A stretch of 63,949 nt of DNA, the filler included, from Ionaspis alba (lineage: Eukaryota), in assembly GCA_964255285.1 (NCBI GenBank). It is 3 parts of 3 records of this genome, joined end to end, with 100 filler letters (N's around TTAATTAATTAA, not from the genome) between each part and the next. Parts side by side here need not be neighbours in the genome. Positions count along the whole stretch, not along the records: positions 1 to 22,560 come from CAXUUL010000204.1; 2 more parts are not named here. One strand, written 5' to 3'. Every line of letters begins with the position of its first letter. Within the stretch, counting starts at the first letter, position 1. The position numbers were made by a program, and so were the translations under genes. The notes below the pieces were generated by a model. That model saw only the letters and a program-made list of their open reading frames with translations, ran no database searches and was not told the DNA's origin. Shown here piece after piece: positions 1-10,731 of this stretch.

Positions 1-1724
1 ACTTAGGTGCTTACTGTGTCAACAGAGAATTCTTTGGTGATGGTCTTGGACGCAAAATCCGAATCAAGTATACTTCGGACTGCAAAATATAGGGATGCCA
101 ATGGAGCATCATTAGGCGTACCCTTCGTACATCAGTAGGAGCTTTGTGATACGGAGCGAGTGGTTGATATACGTACTTCAAGCTTCTGCTTTTGTTTCAC
201 CATGAAGTCTTCCTTAACACGCCATGAACGGAGGGTGGAACTCATCGTCGGAAAGAAGTCTTTAGGAGTGAAAGTCTGACTGGAAGTGGGGTCAAACCAG
301 AGCTGAGTAGTGATCTTGGTGTTCTGATAGTATCGAGCCATGGATTCTGCTAGCAGACACAATGCTTGCTCTCTCCACGGCCGTAATTGTTGTTGAACAA
401 GCTTCCGATACTCGGCGCTATCACCACCATCATACGGTGCCAAAATCAAGATAGAAGACTTTGTCAACCAGTTGAGTATTCGAGGCCTGACCATTCCACG
501 GAAGAGGTACATGTTCAGTTCTTCGGGTAGCCGGATACCAATAATTACAGTAACATCGTCAGGAGCGTGTTGATCGTCGAGGCGTTCGACCCTTCCGTCT
601 TTGGTTACGACTATGTGGTGCCTGATGCCAGTGATTGCTCGGTGATATCGATCAAGGTAGTTCCCTTCCTTCTTGGGGTCGTCTTCTTGGTACTGAGTGC
701 AAACACCGCGCACGCTTCGGCCAGAAGTATTGAGTAGTTGGACTGCGTCCGGGATAGAGTAGCCTTGTGTGTACACAGTGGGATTATTGAGTGGAGGGAA
801 AGTTTCGAGTACGTTGGAACCGGCAGTCAAACAAGCATCAATGAAAACCTCTGGAGGAATGTTCCCGAGCTTTTCCAAGCAAGCGCGTCGATCCACCCAT
901 GAAAATTGCGATTCTTCCAGCACCAATTTGCTGCTCTTCTTCGGAATACCTCTTTCAGCAATCTCCTGTGGTTCGAATGTGAGGTCTATTTTTGTGATAA
1001 TCTTGTCAACGCCGCACAGGAAAAGCTCGGATGGACCGAAGATGGCATCAATGAATTGACTGGGATCCTTTTCGTAGTAGGCGAGCTTGTCCGATTAGTA
1101 AAGGATGTATTAGCAAATACTAGGAGCTGTATTACCTGCGGTAAAGCACTGTAGGGTGCGACTGTAAACTCGACCTTGTGCTCGTACAAGACTTTCTTCA
1201 GAAACTGGAACAGTCCAGCAGATGTGGGGGCTCCTAGGCAATCTCAGTACGAGTGCTTTTCCACGGCAAGCAAAACACTCTTGACGCGTACCTGATGTCC
1301 TGAAAACGCTGATGGCTTCGTTCGCCATGTCTTTCTCGTAGATCTCAAACGCCTTAGCGATTTGAGCTGACGACTCAATGGAGGCCTTGAAAGGGTCGGC
1401 CCTGACACCGCAGTCCAAGCCATCAAAGACGAAATGCAACTTGATACCAGCTGCGTGCAGACCGTCTAGCTCTTTCGAGATGATGGCTTCGAGGGCAAGT
1501 GGTAGGCCGCCCAACGCAGAAAGCAGTGGCTCTTTTGGGGGTGTCAAAAGGCGCTCAAGGAAATATGCTGCGTCGATACCAATCACGCTGTCTTTGAGAG
1601 CTGACAGGGGAAGGGACTGAACAAGACGTGATGCCCATGACTCGAAAGTGCGAACTGGAAAGTCTCATGTTTAGCACCGCTATAGACCATGAGCTGAGGC
1701 TGTAGTGTTTCACTCACCCCCCAT
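1..1724 (-). CDS. MKT1: Mkt1-like XPG/PIN-domain post-transcriptional regulator (3' end runs off window)
   Basis: ATG at 1724 with 7-nt first exon (ATGGGGG|GTGAGT), intron to 1655; spliced protein MGVRTFESW...IGIDAAYFLERLL...KEPLLSALGGLP...FVFDGLD...VAPYSALPQ...FIDACLTAGS...IGIRLPEELNMYLFRG, typical of fungal Mkt1. Confidence 0.8.
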
Positions 1725-1989
1725 GTTTCTGCTTCGAAGGACGCAACGAGGTAAGGACAGAGACAAGAGAAAGTATGGCTCCTATAACAGCTCAGCCAAT
1801 ACCTCGTACCTTGGTCAATGGGCGGTGTCTTGGAAAGACCCAGACTTGTCGAGTCGACCTCGTGGAAATAAGTTCCCCAGAAAGTTCCAGGGTCCAGGGT
1901 CCAAGACTATTTCAGCCCTGCAAGCTATCACCACTCCCGGAGCTCTAAATCAAGCCAACTAAATGCCGGCCTAGGCTTTCAGTATCTTG

Positions 1990-3533
1990 ATGATCGCTTT
2001 CAACAGCGAGAATCTACATGAAGGTCCGCATGAAAGATCTTACAGTCACCGACTGATCTGACATTATTTTCAAGCCATATTTTGCTACGCACAGCATGTT
2101 TTGTTTAGCGTGTACAGGGTTGAATGGTACCGATAAGCTTCAGATACCGGTGATTGATATCTCAGATCCAGACGACCAAACAGCAGACGATTTGGTAGCA
2201 GCAGTGGCCAACTCTGGTTTTGTCTTCATCAGAAGTCTCGGGACAGGCTTCGATGCTGATTTGATTGACGACATATTCGGATTGGTATTACTCTCAAAGA
2301 TTTTACAGCTGTATCTGGCCACCTTGTTCCATAGAGCTAAGGTTTGGATACAGTCAAGAAAGTTCTTTCATTCTCCCAAGGAGGAGAAGGCAGAATGTAG
2401 CATGGGCACGAATGTACTCTCTCACTTCCCAGTAGTGACTGTTCACTTGAAGCCATGCTTCTGACAGCACTATCAGAACAGAGGATGGACTGCCATGCAC
2501 TCAGAGACTCTGGATCCGGAGAATCAGAAGGTAGGTCAGATTTCTTGATGGTCATATATCACGTCCAATTCTGAATTCTTTGGTAGCGTGGCGATTTTAA
2601 AGAGTATACACGCCCCTACCTAGAAAATCCTCTTTTGCCACAGGCTAAATCAACCAGAGCGTTCAACTTCGGGGAATTCGCAAAAGGAAAAGCCCAACAG
2701 CCGCTACCCAAATCTCTGCAAGCCGACGAAGCGCAGATATGCCTCTTCGCCGACCTCTGTCGAGAATTCTGTCTCAAGCTCCTCTGTCTCTTTGCCGTCG
2801 GCCTAAAGGTCCAGCACCCTTATTCTCAGAGTCGAACAGCCTCACTAACTCCATCTCAGATTGATCCCGCTCAAGGTGGCGCAAGGTGGTTCTCCTCCCG
2901 CCACGATACCTCCATTGGACCCTCGGGCTCGGTTCTTCGTCTCCTCTACGTAAGCCAGCATTGCTTGTCACCTCTAAATCTCACCTCTAACAACCTCCTT
3001 CCCAGTATCCCTCTCTACCTCCAACCTCCAAAACCGACATTCGCGCCGGCGCACACTCCGACTACGGCAGTCTAACGCTACTCTTCCGGCTTCCAAACCA
3101 ACCCGGCCTCGAAATCCTCACGCCATCTCAAACCTGGACTCCCGTTCCCGTTCACCCACCAGGCACCGAGAACGATCCTTTCCCTCCGATATTAGTAAAC
3201 GTGGGTGATCTGCTGAGTTATTGGACAGGCGGCCTGCTGAAGAGTACGGTCCATCGCGTTACGTTCCCTAACACGGAAAAGGATGGCGAGGGAGCGGAGG
3301 ACGAGGGAAAAGTGGAGGATAGGTATAGTATAGCGTATTTTTGCCATCCATGTCGAGATACGGAGCTGGTCCCTGTGCCTAGTGATATGGTAAGAGAAAG
3401 GGCTGGGGCCGTAAACGGAGGAGGGCAGGGTGGAAAAGAGAGTGGAAGAGCCTTAACGGCTGCTGAGCACCTGAACGGGAGACTTGCTGCCACGTATGGA
3501 CGGGCTATGGGAATAGAAACAGACAAGGCGTAA
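1990..3533 (+). CDS. 2-oxoglutarate/Fe(II)-dependent dioxygenase (DIOX_N + 2OG-FeII_Oxy), multi-exon
   Basis: IPVIDIS N-terminal motif, NRGW, RAGAHSDYGS (HxD), STVHRV (distal His), RYSIAYFCHP (RxS); about 7 GT-AG introns. The start at 1990 is inferred from in-phase splicing to the exon at 2118. Confidence 0.85.
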
Positions 3534-4132
3534 ATACTGTTGATGAACGGTTTTTGAAGAGCTATTTCTTGGACAAGAATAGTCAAAGATATCACGACCC
3601 ACCATAGCGGACTGATTTCAGGAAAGTCGGAGACGTGTTTCCATTAAGAAAAATCATGATTCGAAACTTGCAGCCCNNNNNNNNNNNNNNNNNNNNNNNN
3701 NNNNNNNNNNNNNNNNNNNNNNNNNNNNNNNNNNNNNNNNNNNNNNNNNNNNNNNNNNNNNNNNNNNNNNNNNNNNAATCTGCTCTGCTTGCGGTCGTGG
3801 ACAGATTGTTATAGTCATAAATAAACTACGACTCGAATGGTTGTCGTCGGCGAAAGAGTGTTTGAGTAGTCGTGAAAAGCAATAGGATGGAGAAGGATGC
3901 AATGCAAATGCCAGAAGCAGAGCCCGTAGGGTTGCACACTTCGTTACTGGAGGAGACTGAAATTCGAGTTGGAGATCATGAAAACTGAATGGGTCGATGC
4001 CATTGAACGCCGGGGAAAACGGATGCAGAAATACGACGACACCAGGTGGATTCGTGATGCGATGGGCCTGATATAGGAAGTTGACAGTGAGCAATATTTG
4101 CGGCCGTGATGATTGGTCTGCCGATCATGAAA

Positions 4133-6034
4133 TTACTGTGTAGCGACTTGACACCAGTGTCGATGATACACCCAAGCGTTTTTCTGGCACTCTTTGCTGC
4201 AGTATTTTGTCCGGCGACATCGTCTGCACTTGGCAAACTGTCTCGTCCATTGCTCCCATTTACCGCACTGGTAGAAAGCACATTGTCGAATGCCACCACG
4301 GGAATCATCCTTTCGGCACAGGTTCCTCATCACAACTCCAGCCCAGTATTGCATATCCTGAGAGTGATGTCGGACCGTGAATTTCTCCACGAGTGGAAAG
4401 ATGTTGAAGTCATCTGGAAGAAGGTATTCCTCTTCGTGGCTCTCATCTAGGTGAGACAAATCTCCACTGGGTGGATTGTCGTCCAGCATCTGCAGATGAT
4501 GTCCAATCTTGAGCTTGGGAACCAAGTGAGATTGCTGGAAATAAGTGCGAAGATTACAGTACTTCGAGACGTACGCCAGAAGTTGTAGTGACATCAGGAC
4601 ATCCTCGTCTCGAGGGGTTGCAGCCAGAACCGCAGGGGGCGCAGAACGATCCAACAGATAACGAGCATGTATATTCTGAGGGATGGTAGGCTGCTGCACG
4701 TTGATAACATGCATCGGTGGAGGTGGGGGAGGGATTCCAATATTGATGTTGTTGTTATTGACCGGTGTCATATTGGTATTGATAATGCTTCCATCAAGCA
4801 CAGGTCTGTGTGTAATGTTGAATGTTTCGACTTCCGGCCCTTCGGAGCCATTCGAAGCAGCCAGGTCAAGTGGTGTAGCGACAGCATCAAGCATAGTGTT
4901 CTGATCGTCACCTCCTTGAACACCAACTGTTGTCTGTATGTCTACCATCGGCTCATCGGTGTTGATATCGGCGGCGGAAACCTCGGTTGGTATTCCTTCT
5001 CCACTAGCATCATCGGAATCTCCGGAGTTTGACTGCTGCTGACGTAAAGACGGCCTTCTTCGAGTTCTTGTTGTAATGCTCATAGGTCTAATAATGGGTG
5101 CATTGGGAGTGGTAGGAGACTCTGGCTGGGATGTAATACCGGTCTGTAACGCTGGAAGCATTGACGGTAGGCGATCGACATCACGGACTGGTCGAAGTCC
5201 AAACCCATCAGCCATATCCATCGATGGTAGAGCTGTTGCAATTGGTTGTAGGCCATGGTGACGGGGATTAGGTCCGGAAGTTCCGTGCACGTAGGTCCTT
5301 CCATCTTGGCTTCTGTGGTGGTGATGATGTGGATGATGGTGGTGATGGCGCGAGAATGATGTGCGTTCTGGAGGAGAGGTCAAAGAAGGCTGGGGTGGAG
5401 TCGGTGTAACTTCCATTGCACTATACTCTGTAGCTTGGTGCTGTTGGTGTTGCGTTTGTGGGGTGAATGGTTGAGGTATCTCGATTGAAGGCGGAGGAGC
5501 CTGACGCCGAGATGGTCTCACATCAAACGCACCATTACCTCTGTCATTGAACGTGGAGCGACTCCCATGCTCCTTTGGCCTGATCACCGGTTTTGGAGGT
5601 GGATATCCCAAGCTTTTCCTTCGAGAGTCCGCGTCCAACTTCTCCCGACATTTGTCTATCACTTTGATGTAATTGTCCAAGATCGTGGCGATGACGGGTA
5701 CCATGTCCGCTTCAACAACTCTTGTTCGAACACTCTCAGATCCCCGAACCCCAATATTGACGACACATTGAAAGGCCAGATTCCACTTCCACATCTCCAT
5801 CATCTCCCTGCTCCGGCCTTGTTTTAGAATACATACTAGGCGTTCGACACCGCCGTCGACCGTCAGGATATCACGTATTCGAGCAGAAGAGGTAGTCAGG
5901 TAGGCCAAGTGGTTGAGCGAATTGATCAATGGTAAGGTGGAGGTACAGTCTAGGGCTCGACGGTCGTAGAGGGCTGTGGTTATTCCCACCGATGCCTTAT
6001 TAACGTTGGGAATGCTGAAATTGACCTCTCTCAT
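4133..6034 (-). CDS. samB: MYND zinc-finger protein SamB/Mub1
   Basis: Starts MREVNFSIPNVNKASVGITTALYDRRALDC; C-terminal MYND finger CAFYQCGKWE...CRRCRRTKYCSKECQKNAWVYHRHWC. The ORF-track extension upstream of 6034 crosses an N gap and is spurious. Confidence 0.9.
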   Translation of the reverse strand: MREVNFSIPNVNKASVGITTALYDRRALDCTSTLPLINSLNHLAYLTTSSARIRDILTVDGGVERLVCILKQGRSREMMEMWKWNLAFQCVVNIGVRGSESVRTRVVEADMVPVIATILDNYIKVIDKCREKLDADSRRKSLGYPPPKPVIRPKEHGSRSTFNDRGNGAFDVRPSRRQAPPPSIEIPQPFTPQTQHQQHQATEYSAMEVTPTPPQPSLTSPPERTSFSRHHHHHPHHHHHRSQDGRTYVHGTSGPNPRHHGLQPIATALPSMDMADGFGLRPVRDVDRLPSMLPALQTGITSQPESPTTPNAPIIRPMSITTRTRRRPSLRQQQSNSGDSDDASGEGIPTEVSAADINTDEPMVDIQTTVGVQGGDDQNTMLDAVATPLDLAASNGSEGPEVETFNITHRPVLDGSIINTNMTPVNNNNINIGIPPPPPPMHVINVQQPTIPQNIHARYLLDRSAPPAVLAATPRDEDVLMSLQLLAYVSKYCNLRTYFQQSHLVPKLKIGHHLQMLDDNPPSGDLSHLDESHEEEYLLPDDFNIFPLVEKFTVRHHSQDMQYWAGVVMRNLCRKDDSRGGIRQCAFYQCGKWEQWTRQFAKCRRCRRTKYCSKECQKNAWVYHRHWCQVATQ

Positions 6035-8501
6035 GTTTGAGGCTGTAGANNNNNNNNNNNNNNNNNNNNNNNNNNNNNNNNNNNNNNNNNNNNNNNNNNN
6101 NNNNNNNNNNNNNNNNNNNNNNNNNNNNNNNNNNNNNNNNNNNNNNNNNTGATGAAGGTTTGCTCCTGTCCACGGTGGTCTGAGCCGAGCCGTGCGCACA
6201 AGGAGTCGAGCAGAACGCGACAGGAGGTGCCAAGGTGTAGGTAGCGAGATGGACGTTGAGTGTCAAGCAAGCTATTGCTGTTCCATGGTTAGGAGATGCA
6301 TGACTGAGTATGGAGGGATGGAGCAGTCGTTGGAGTTGATGGTCGAGGTGTGTGGAACAGCTGGAGAGGTTGAAGAGAGGAGTTGCGAGAGTGGTGTTGG
6401 CTTGGCAAGGCTAAAATTGCAGCTAAATTCTCTGCTTCTAATTATTGCCCAAAGCTTCTAGATTGCTTCGATCAGGACGGAATAACTCGACGACTTCTAA
6501 AATAACCCGGTCGAGTCGGTATGCTTACTTGGTAGCTCGTGGAGAGACGTTGGTTCCCAGCAAGATGCCTAATGTCATCCAGAATAAAATAAGAATAATG
6601 AAAAACGCACCTTTCGTCGATCCTGTGGAGAAGAGGTGGCTAATAATACAATTTCTCCGCGTACAAGCGACTGGGTATTCATGCATAATAAAACACCACC
6701 GCCATAGCCGAAAACATCTGCGTTATTAATTTTATTGTTAAGCAATAGGAGTCCTTTGTTCTCTTGATGAGGCACAGTAGTGCCAGTGGTCTTGTTGCCA
6801 CTCTGAATCACGTAATATTCAATCACGATCTTTTGCATTTCTGCTTTCTCGTCATGCGATGTTGGATGGGGATTCATTTGTTAGACCGAAGCTCCAACTT
6901 CACGCAAAGGGAGCCATCGTAGCGACATTTCACTTCTGTTTGTTGTAAGCTGTCTTCAGCCAATAGTAGCTTCTTCTACATCATTGTCGCAGAGCCTTCA
7001 ATGGTTATCCTCGGGTTGACAAGGAGTTGACGATGGTGGAGCAAGCATGAATCTGCCACTTCATCTTTACGGGCCTGGTGGACTTCTGCATCTGGCAATC
7101 GCTCCGGGAGGTCCCCCGAATCGTGATGTGACCTTGCTTTTTCTGTATGGCGACACGGAATACTCATCATGCTCCAGACTGCGCTGGCGGTGTTTTTGAA
7201 TGTGCGACCGCCTCGGACATCCCATCACCCACACCCTCGGTGCACGCCGCTCGTAGCTTGGAGCATTCGAAGAAGGAGTAGTAGTGAGCCAGACTGACGG
7301 AAGACGGCTTTGCCCCGACCGAACGAGGGGCATCATCCCTCGCATGCATATCATTTCAACTCCCGTGCACTAAGGTTCCAGCACCGTTTGCTGCATCTGC
7401 ATTATGAATCACTCGTACAGAGTATGATGATCGGCCTCGGCGTGCTTTGCTTTGTTCAGCAATGACACGTTTGGTTGAGGCTATCCCAACTAAGCCGAGG
7501 GTATTTCAAGCATCGTGTTAGCCAAGTACGATGCCGATCAATTTGTCAGATTTTCTCATCCTTTGACGAATCTTTCAGTAGGTAGTGGGGAGGAATGCGA
7601 TCTGAGAGGGATGATAGCCATATATCGGAGAAGTCGAGCCACCCGTATCTTTGGGTCCGTAGACTGCTATTCCATCCAGAAGGCACAAGGATAGCTTCTA
7701 GCCGCCGCGGGCGTGCATGGACATTTTGAATGTAGGTAACGACGGGATAGTGGTTGGGCCTGAATGACGATCGAAACACTTTGGTGATCCCCGTAAACTC
7801 TTCTTCCTGGGAGTTTTGACGGAGCCTACGAAGCACGGGTCCCGAACGGGGAAAAAGCCTGGGGGAGGGAACAAGGCAGACTCGGGATGCAGTAGCGTTC
7901 AAAGTCATTGGCAAATGATGGCAGCTGGACGGTCACTAGGACTAGGTAGTCAATTCCCTATATCGTGGATTTCCCGAAAGCCAGGTCACCCACTCCGCTT
8001 CCACATCCATCCCTTTCGCAACCACACACTCATCGAATCCTCACCCCACGAGCCGCGAAGATAGCCAGAGTCCTTGGGTGTGTCCCGTGGAACGGTAGGT
8101 TTATCTGCACGAGGGGCGTTCACAGTAATTGGCCGACTAGCGCCCCCCTTCGAGTAATTTAGGTGGTGGTGTCGGGAAGGGAAGGCTGAGGCGGCCAAGA
8201 CCTGAGTGTAATTCAGGGCACCTTGAACTTCATCTCACCATCCACATCCGACCTCTGGAGCTATCGCGACCTCTTCACCATCGTCGACGCCGTCGAGTCC
8301 TCCGCAACGTTTGCTCCAATCGAACATCGGTCTCTATTGATATTGCGGATCGTGGTGTACAGTACCGACACCCCACACGGTCGCTCGTTCATCCGCTAGT
8401 TGCTTCCCCTAACTGTCGCTCACGATCTCGAACCTCGCATCGAGTAAACCCTTTCGAATTCAAGTCTACCTGGCGCCGAAGCTGCGCACCTGTATTCTAC
8501 G

Positions 8502-10731
8502 ATGGCGAACGAGGTGTCTGGAGAGCAGATGCAGGCTAAAATTGCTACGGCGAGGCGCGATGCTGAAGGTCTCAAAGACAGGATCAAGCGTAAGAAGGAC
8601 GAACTCGCGGATACCAATCGTAAGTTCTCAGAAGTCTCTCAGTTCGTGTTACACGCGGTCGAGGAGGTTGTCTGGAATTTTTCTTCTTCTGCGCGTATCT
8701 TTGTGGAGCTGAACTGACGTCTGTGTGCCTCAGTTCGTGCCGCGGCCCAGTCACAAACCGATGCTTTACCTCGGATTGGCATGAAATCTCGTCGTGTACT
8801 CAAAGGTCATCTAGCCAAAATATATGCTATGCACTGGTCTACAGATCGTCGTCATCTGGTATCTGCATCTCAAGACGGCAAGCTGATCATCTGGGATGCA
8901 TATACCACCAACAAAGTCCACGCGATTCCTCTGCGCTCCTCCTGGGTCATGACCTGCGCCTATGCTCCGAGTGGCAACTTTGTGGCATGTGGTGGACTTG
9001 ATAACATCTGTTCAGTCTACAATTTGTCCTCGCGTGAAGGTCCAACAAGAGTCGCCCGCGAGCTCTCGGGCCACTCCGGATATCTCTCCTGCTGCCGGTT
9101 TATCAACGATCGCCGTATCCTCACTTCTTCTGGTGACATGACCTGTATGCTGTGGGATGTAGAGACAGGATCAAAGGTCACCGAGTTCGCTGACCATCTT
9201 GGGGATGTCATGAGCATCAGCATCAACCCGACTAACCAAAATGTCTTTGTCTCTGGTGCCTGCGATGCTTTTGCGAAATTGTGGGATATTCGAACCGGAA
9301 GGGCTGTACAAACGTTTGCTGGTCACGAATCGGACATAAACGCTATCCAATTCTTCCCGGATGGAAATGCGTTCGGAACAGGGTCGGATGACGCGTCGTG
9401 TCGGTTATTTGATATTCGGGCGGATCGTGAAGTCAATCAATATTCTGTGAGTCTTCACACATCTCTATTGCGATTGTTTCCGTGGTTGTTGTTAGTACCA
9501 TGACTATGCTATTCTACTGTACTGGAATTTTTTGTATCGTTGTACTCGTGTTTCCTGTTTAGTCCCAACTTCCTGGTACCGGGAGCCGGTGGGTGCCGAA
9601 GTTCCGCGATTGACGCCGCCTGCATCAATTCGACGGATCTGGCAGCTTAGTTTCTGGGCCTTGGTGTCCTCGAATATTACGACGAAATAGGAGACCCGGA
9701 TAACAACATCCTCGGGGACATTGAGCTAAGTTACTGGAAAGGTCAACACAATCACAAGACCGAGTGTTGCGTAAACATCTGTTCATTGAAGCGCTTAAAG
9801 ATCCTGGAGTTTATCCGATTGGCCTCTGTGACAGCACATTTCCGCAAAGCTTTGTCCACCTGAGTTCACCCGCTAGGGGGAAGCTGCGGACGAATCATGG
9901 AAAATATCACCTGCCTCTCAGGTGCCGCTCAGTAAAACTGCTCGGCAAGACCCGCCAAAAACTTCCAATGCACCCATTGCCGGCGGTTTGCACACTCTTT
10001 GCCAAGTATCGAGAATTGCTCGAGCCTATGGTGCTGCGCTAGGGACATTCATCTGGTCTGAGATTCTGGACAAGGGAAGGCCAACCAAGTGGATTTCAGT
10101 GAATTGTTCCAAAACACATTGGAATAGTATCCTCCTGGCTGCCGATAGTTCCATCTCATGTATCGGCAAACGAGCAACTCGGGGCTGACCATGAAGGGCA
10201 ACCTGGCTAAAATCATCCCACCTGATTATAATAGCTGGTTTCGTGTCTGCGTTCATGATGTGCTTTCCTTTCTATTTCCTTCGTCAGCACATGCAAGACG
10301 AACGTTATAAATAGTGCTTCCACTAACACATACACTCACTTCACAGAGCGATTCAGTACTTTGCGGTATCACATCGGTTGGCTTTTCTGTTTCTGGTCGG
10401 TTATTGTTTGCTGGCTACGATGATTTCGAGTGCAAAGTAAGTTAAATCTGGCTACCCGCCACTCCCGCGAGACCCGCACGTTCTCTCTGGAGTATGTCTC
10501 AAAACGCGCTCGTATACTTACTATATGTACAGGTATGGGATGTTCTAAGGGGCGAGCGTGTAGGCAGTCTGAACGGCCACGAGAATCGCGTGAGCTGTCT
10601 CGGTGTAAGCAATGACGGTATAAGTTTGTGCACTGGATCTTGGGATTCTCTCGTACGTTACCTCACTCCCTTCTCAATCAATGACGCTGACTCCTGTTTT
10701 CCGCTTATAGCTCAAGGTCTGGGCCTGGTAA
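8502..10731 (+). CDS. sfaD: Heterotrimeric G-protein beta subunit (WD40)
   Basis: [33 protein letters not shown]...[12 protein letters not shown]...GSWDSL LKVWAW*; exons ~8502-8619, ~8734-9446, 10347-10436, ~10533-10652, 10711-10731. Confidence 0.97.
9447..10346 (+). other. 900-nt spliceosomal intron of the G-beta gene
   Basis: GTGAGT donor at 9447, ACTAAC branch at 10322, CAG acceptor at 10346; phase-0 splice restores [15 protein letters not shown]. Confidence 0.9.

Noticed and set aside
7160..7500. Several 6-8 bp stems in the samB–G-beta divergent spacer
   Set aside because: Short stems expected by chance at this GC content; no ncRNA boxes or family features.
10191..10214. Intronic ATG frame MKGNLAKI resembling G-beta LKGHLAKI
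   Set aside because: Only 7 residues; flanks share no similarity and there are no splice signals; most likely chance.
9447..10346. Telomerase RNA, RNase P/MRP, SRP, snRNA or group I intron inside the long intron
   Set aside because: No AACCCUAA template on either strand, and no recognisable CR-I/CR-V, SRP helix-8 or group I P7 motifs by eye.
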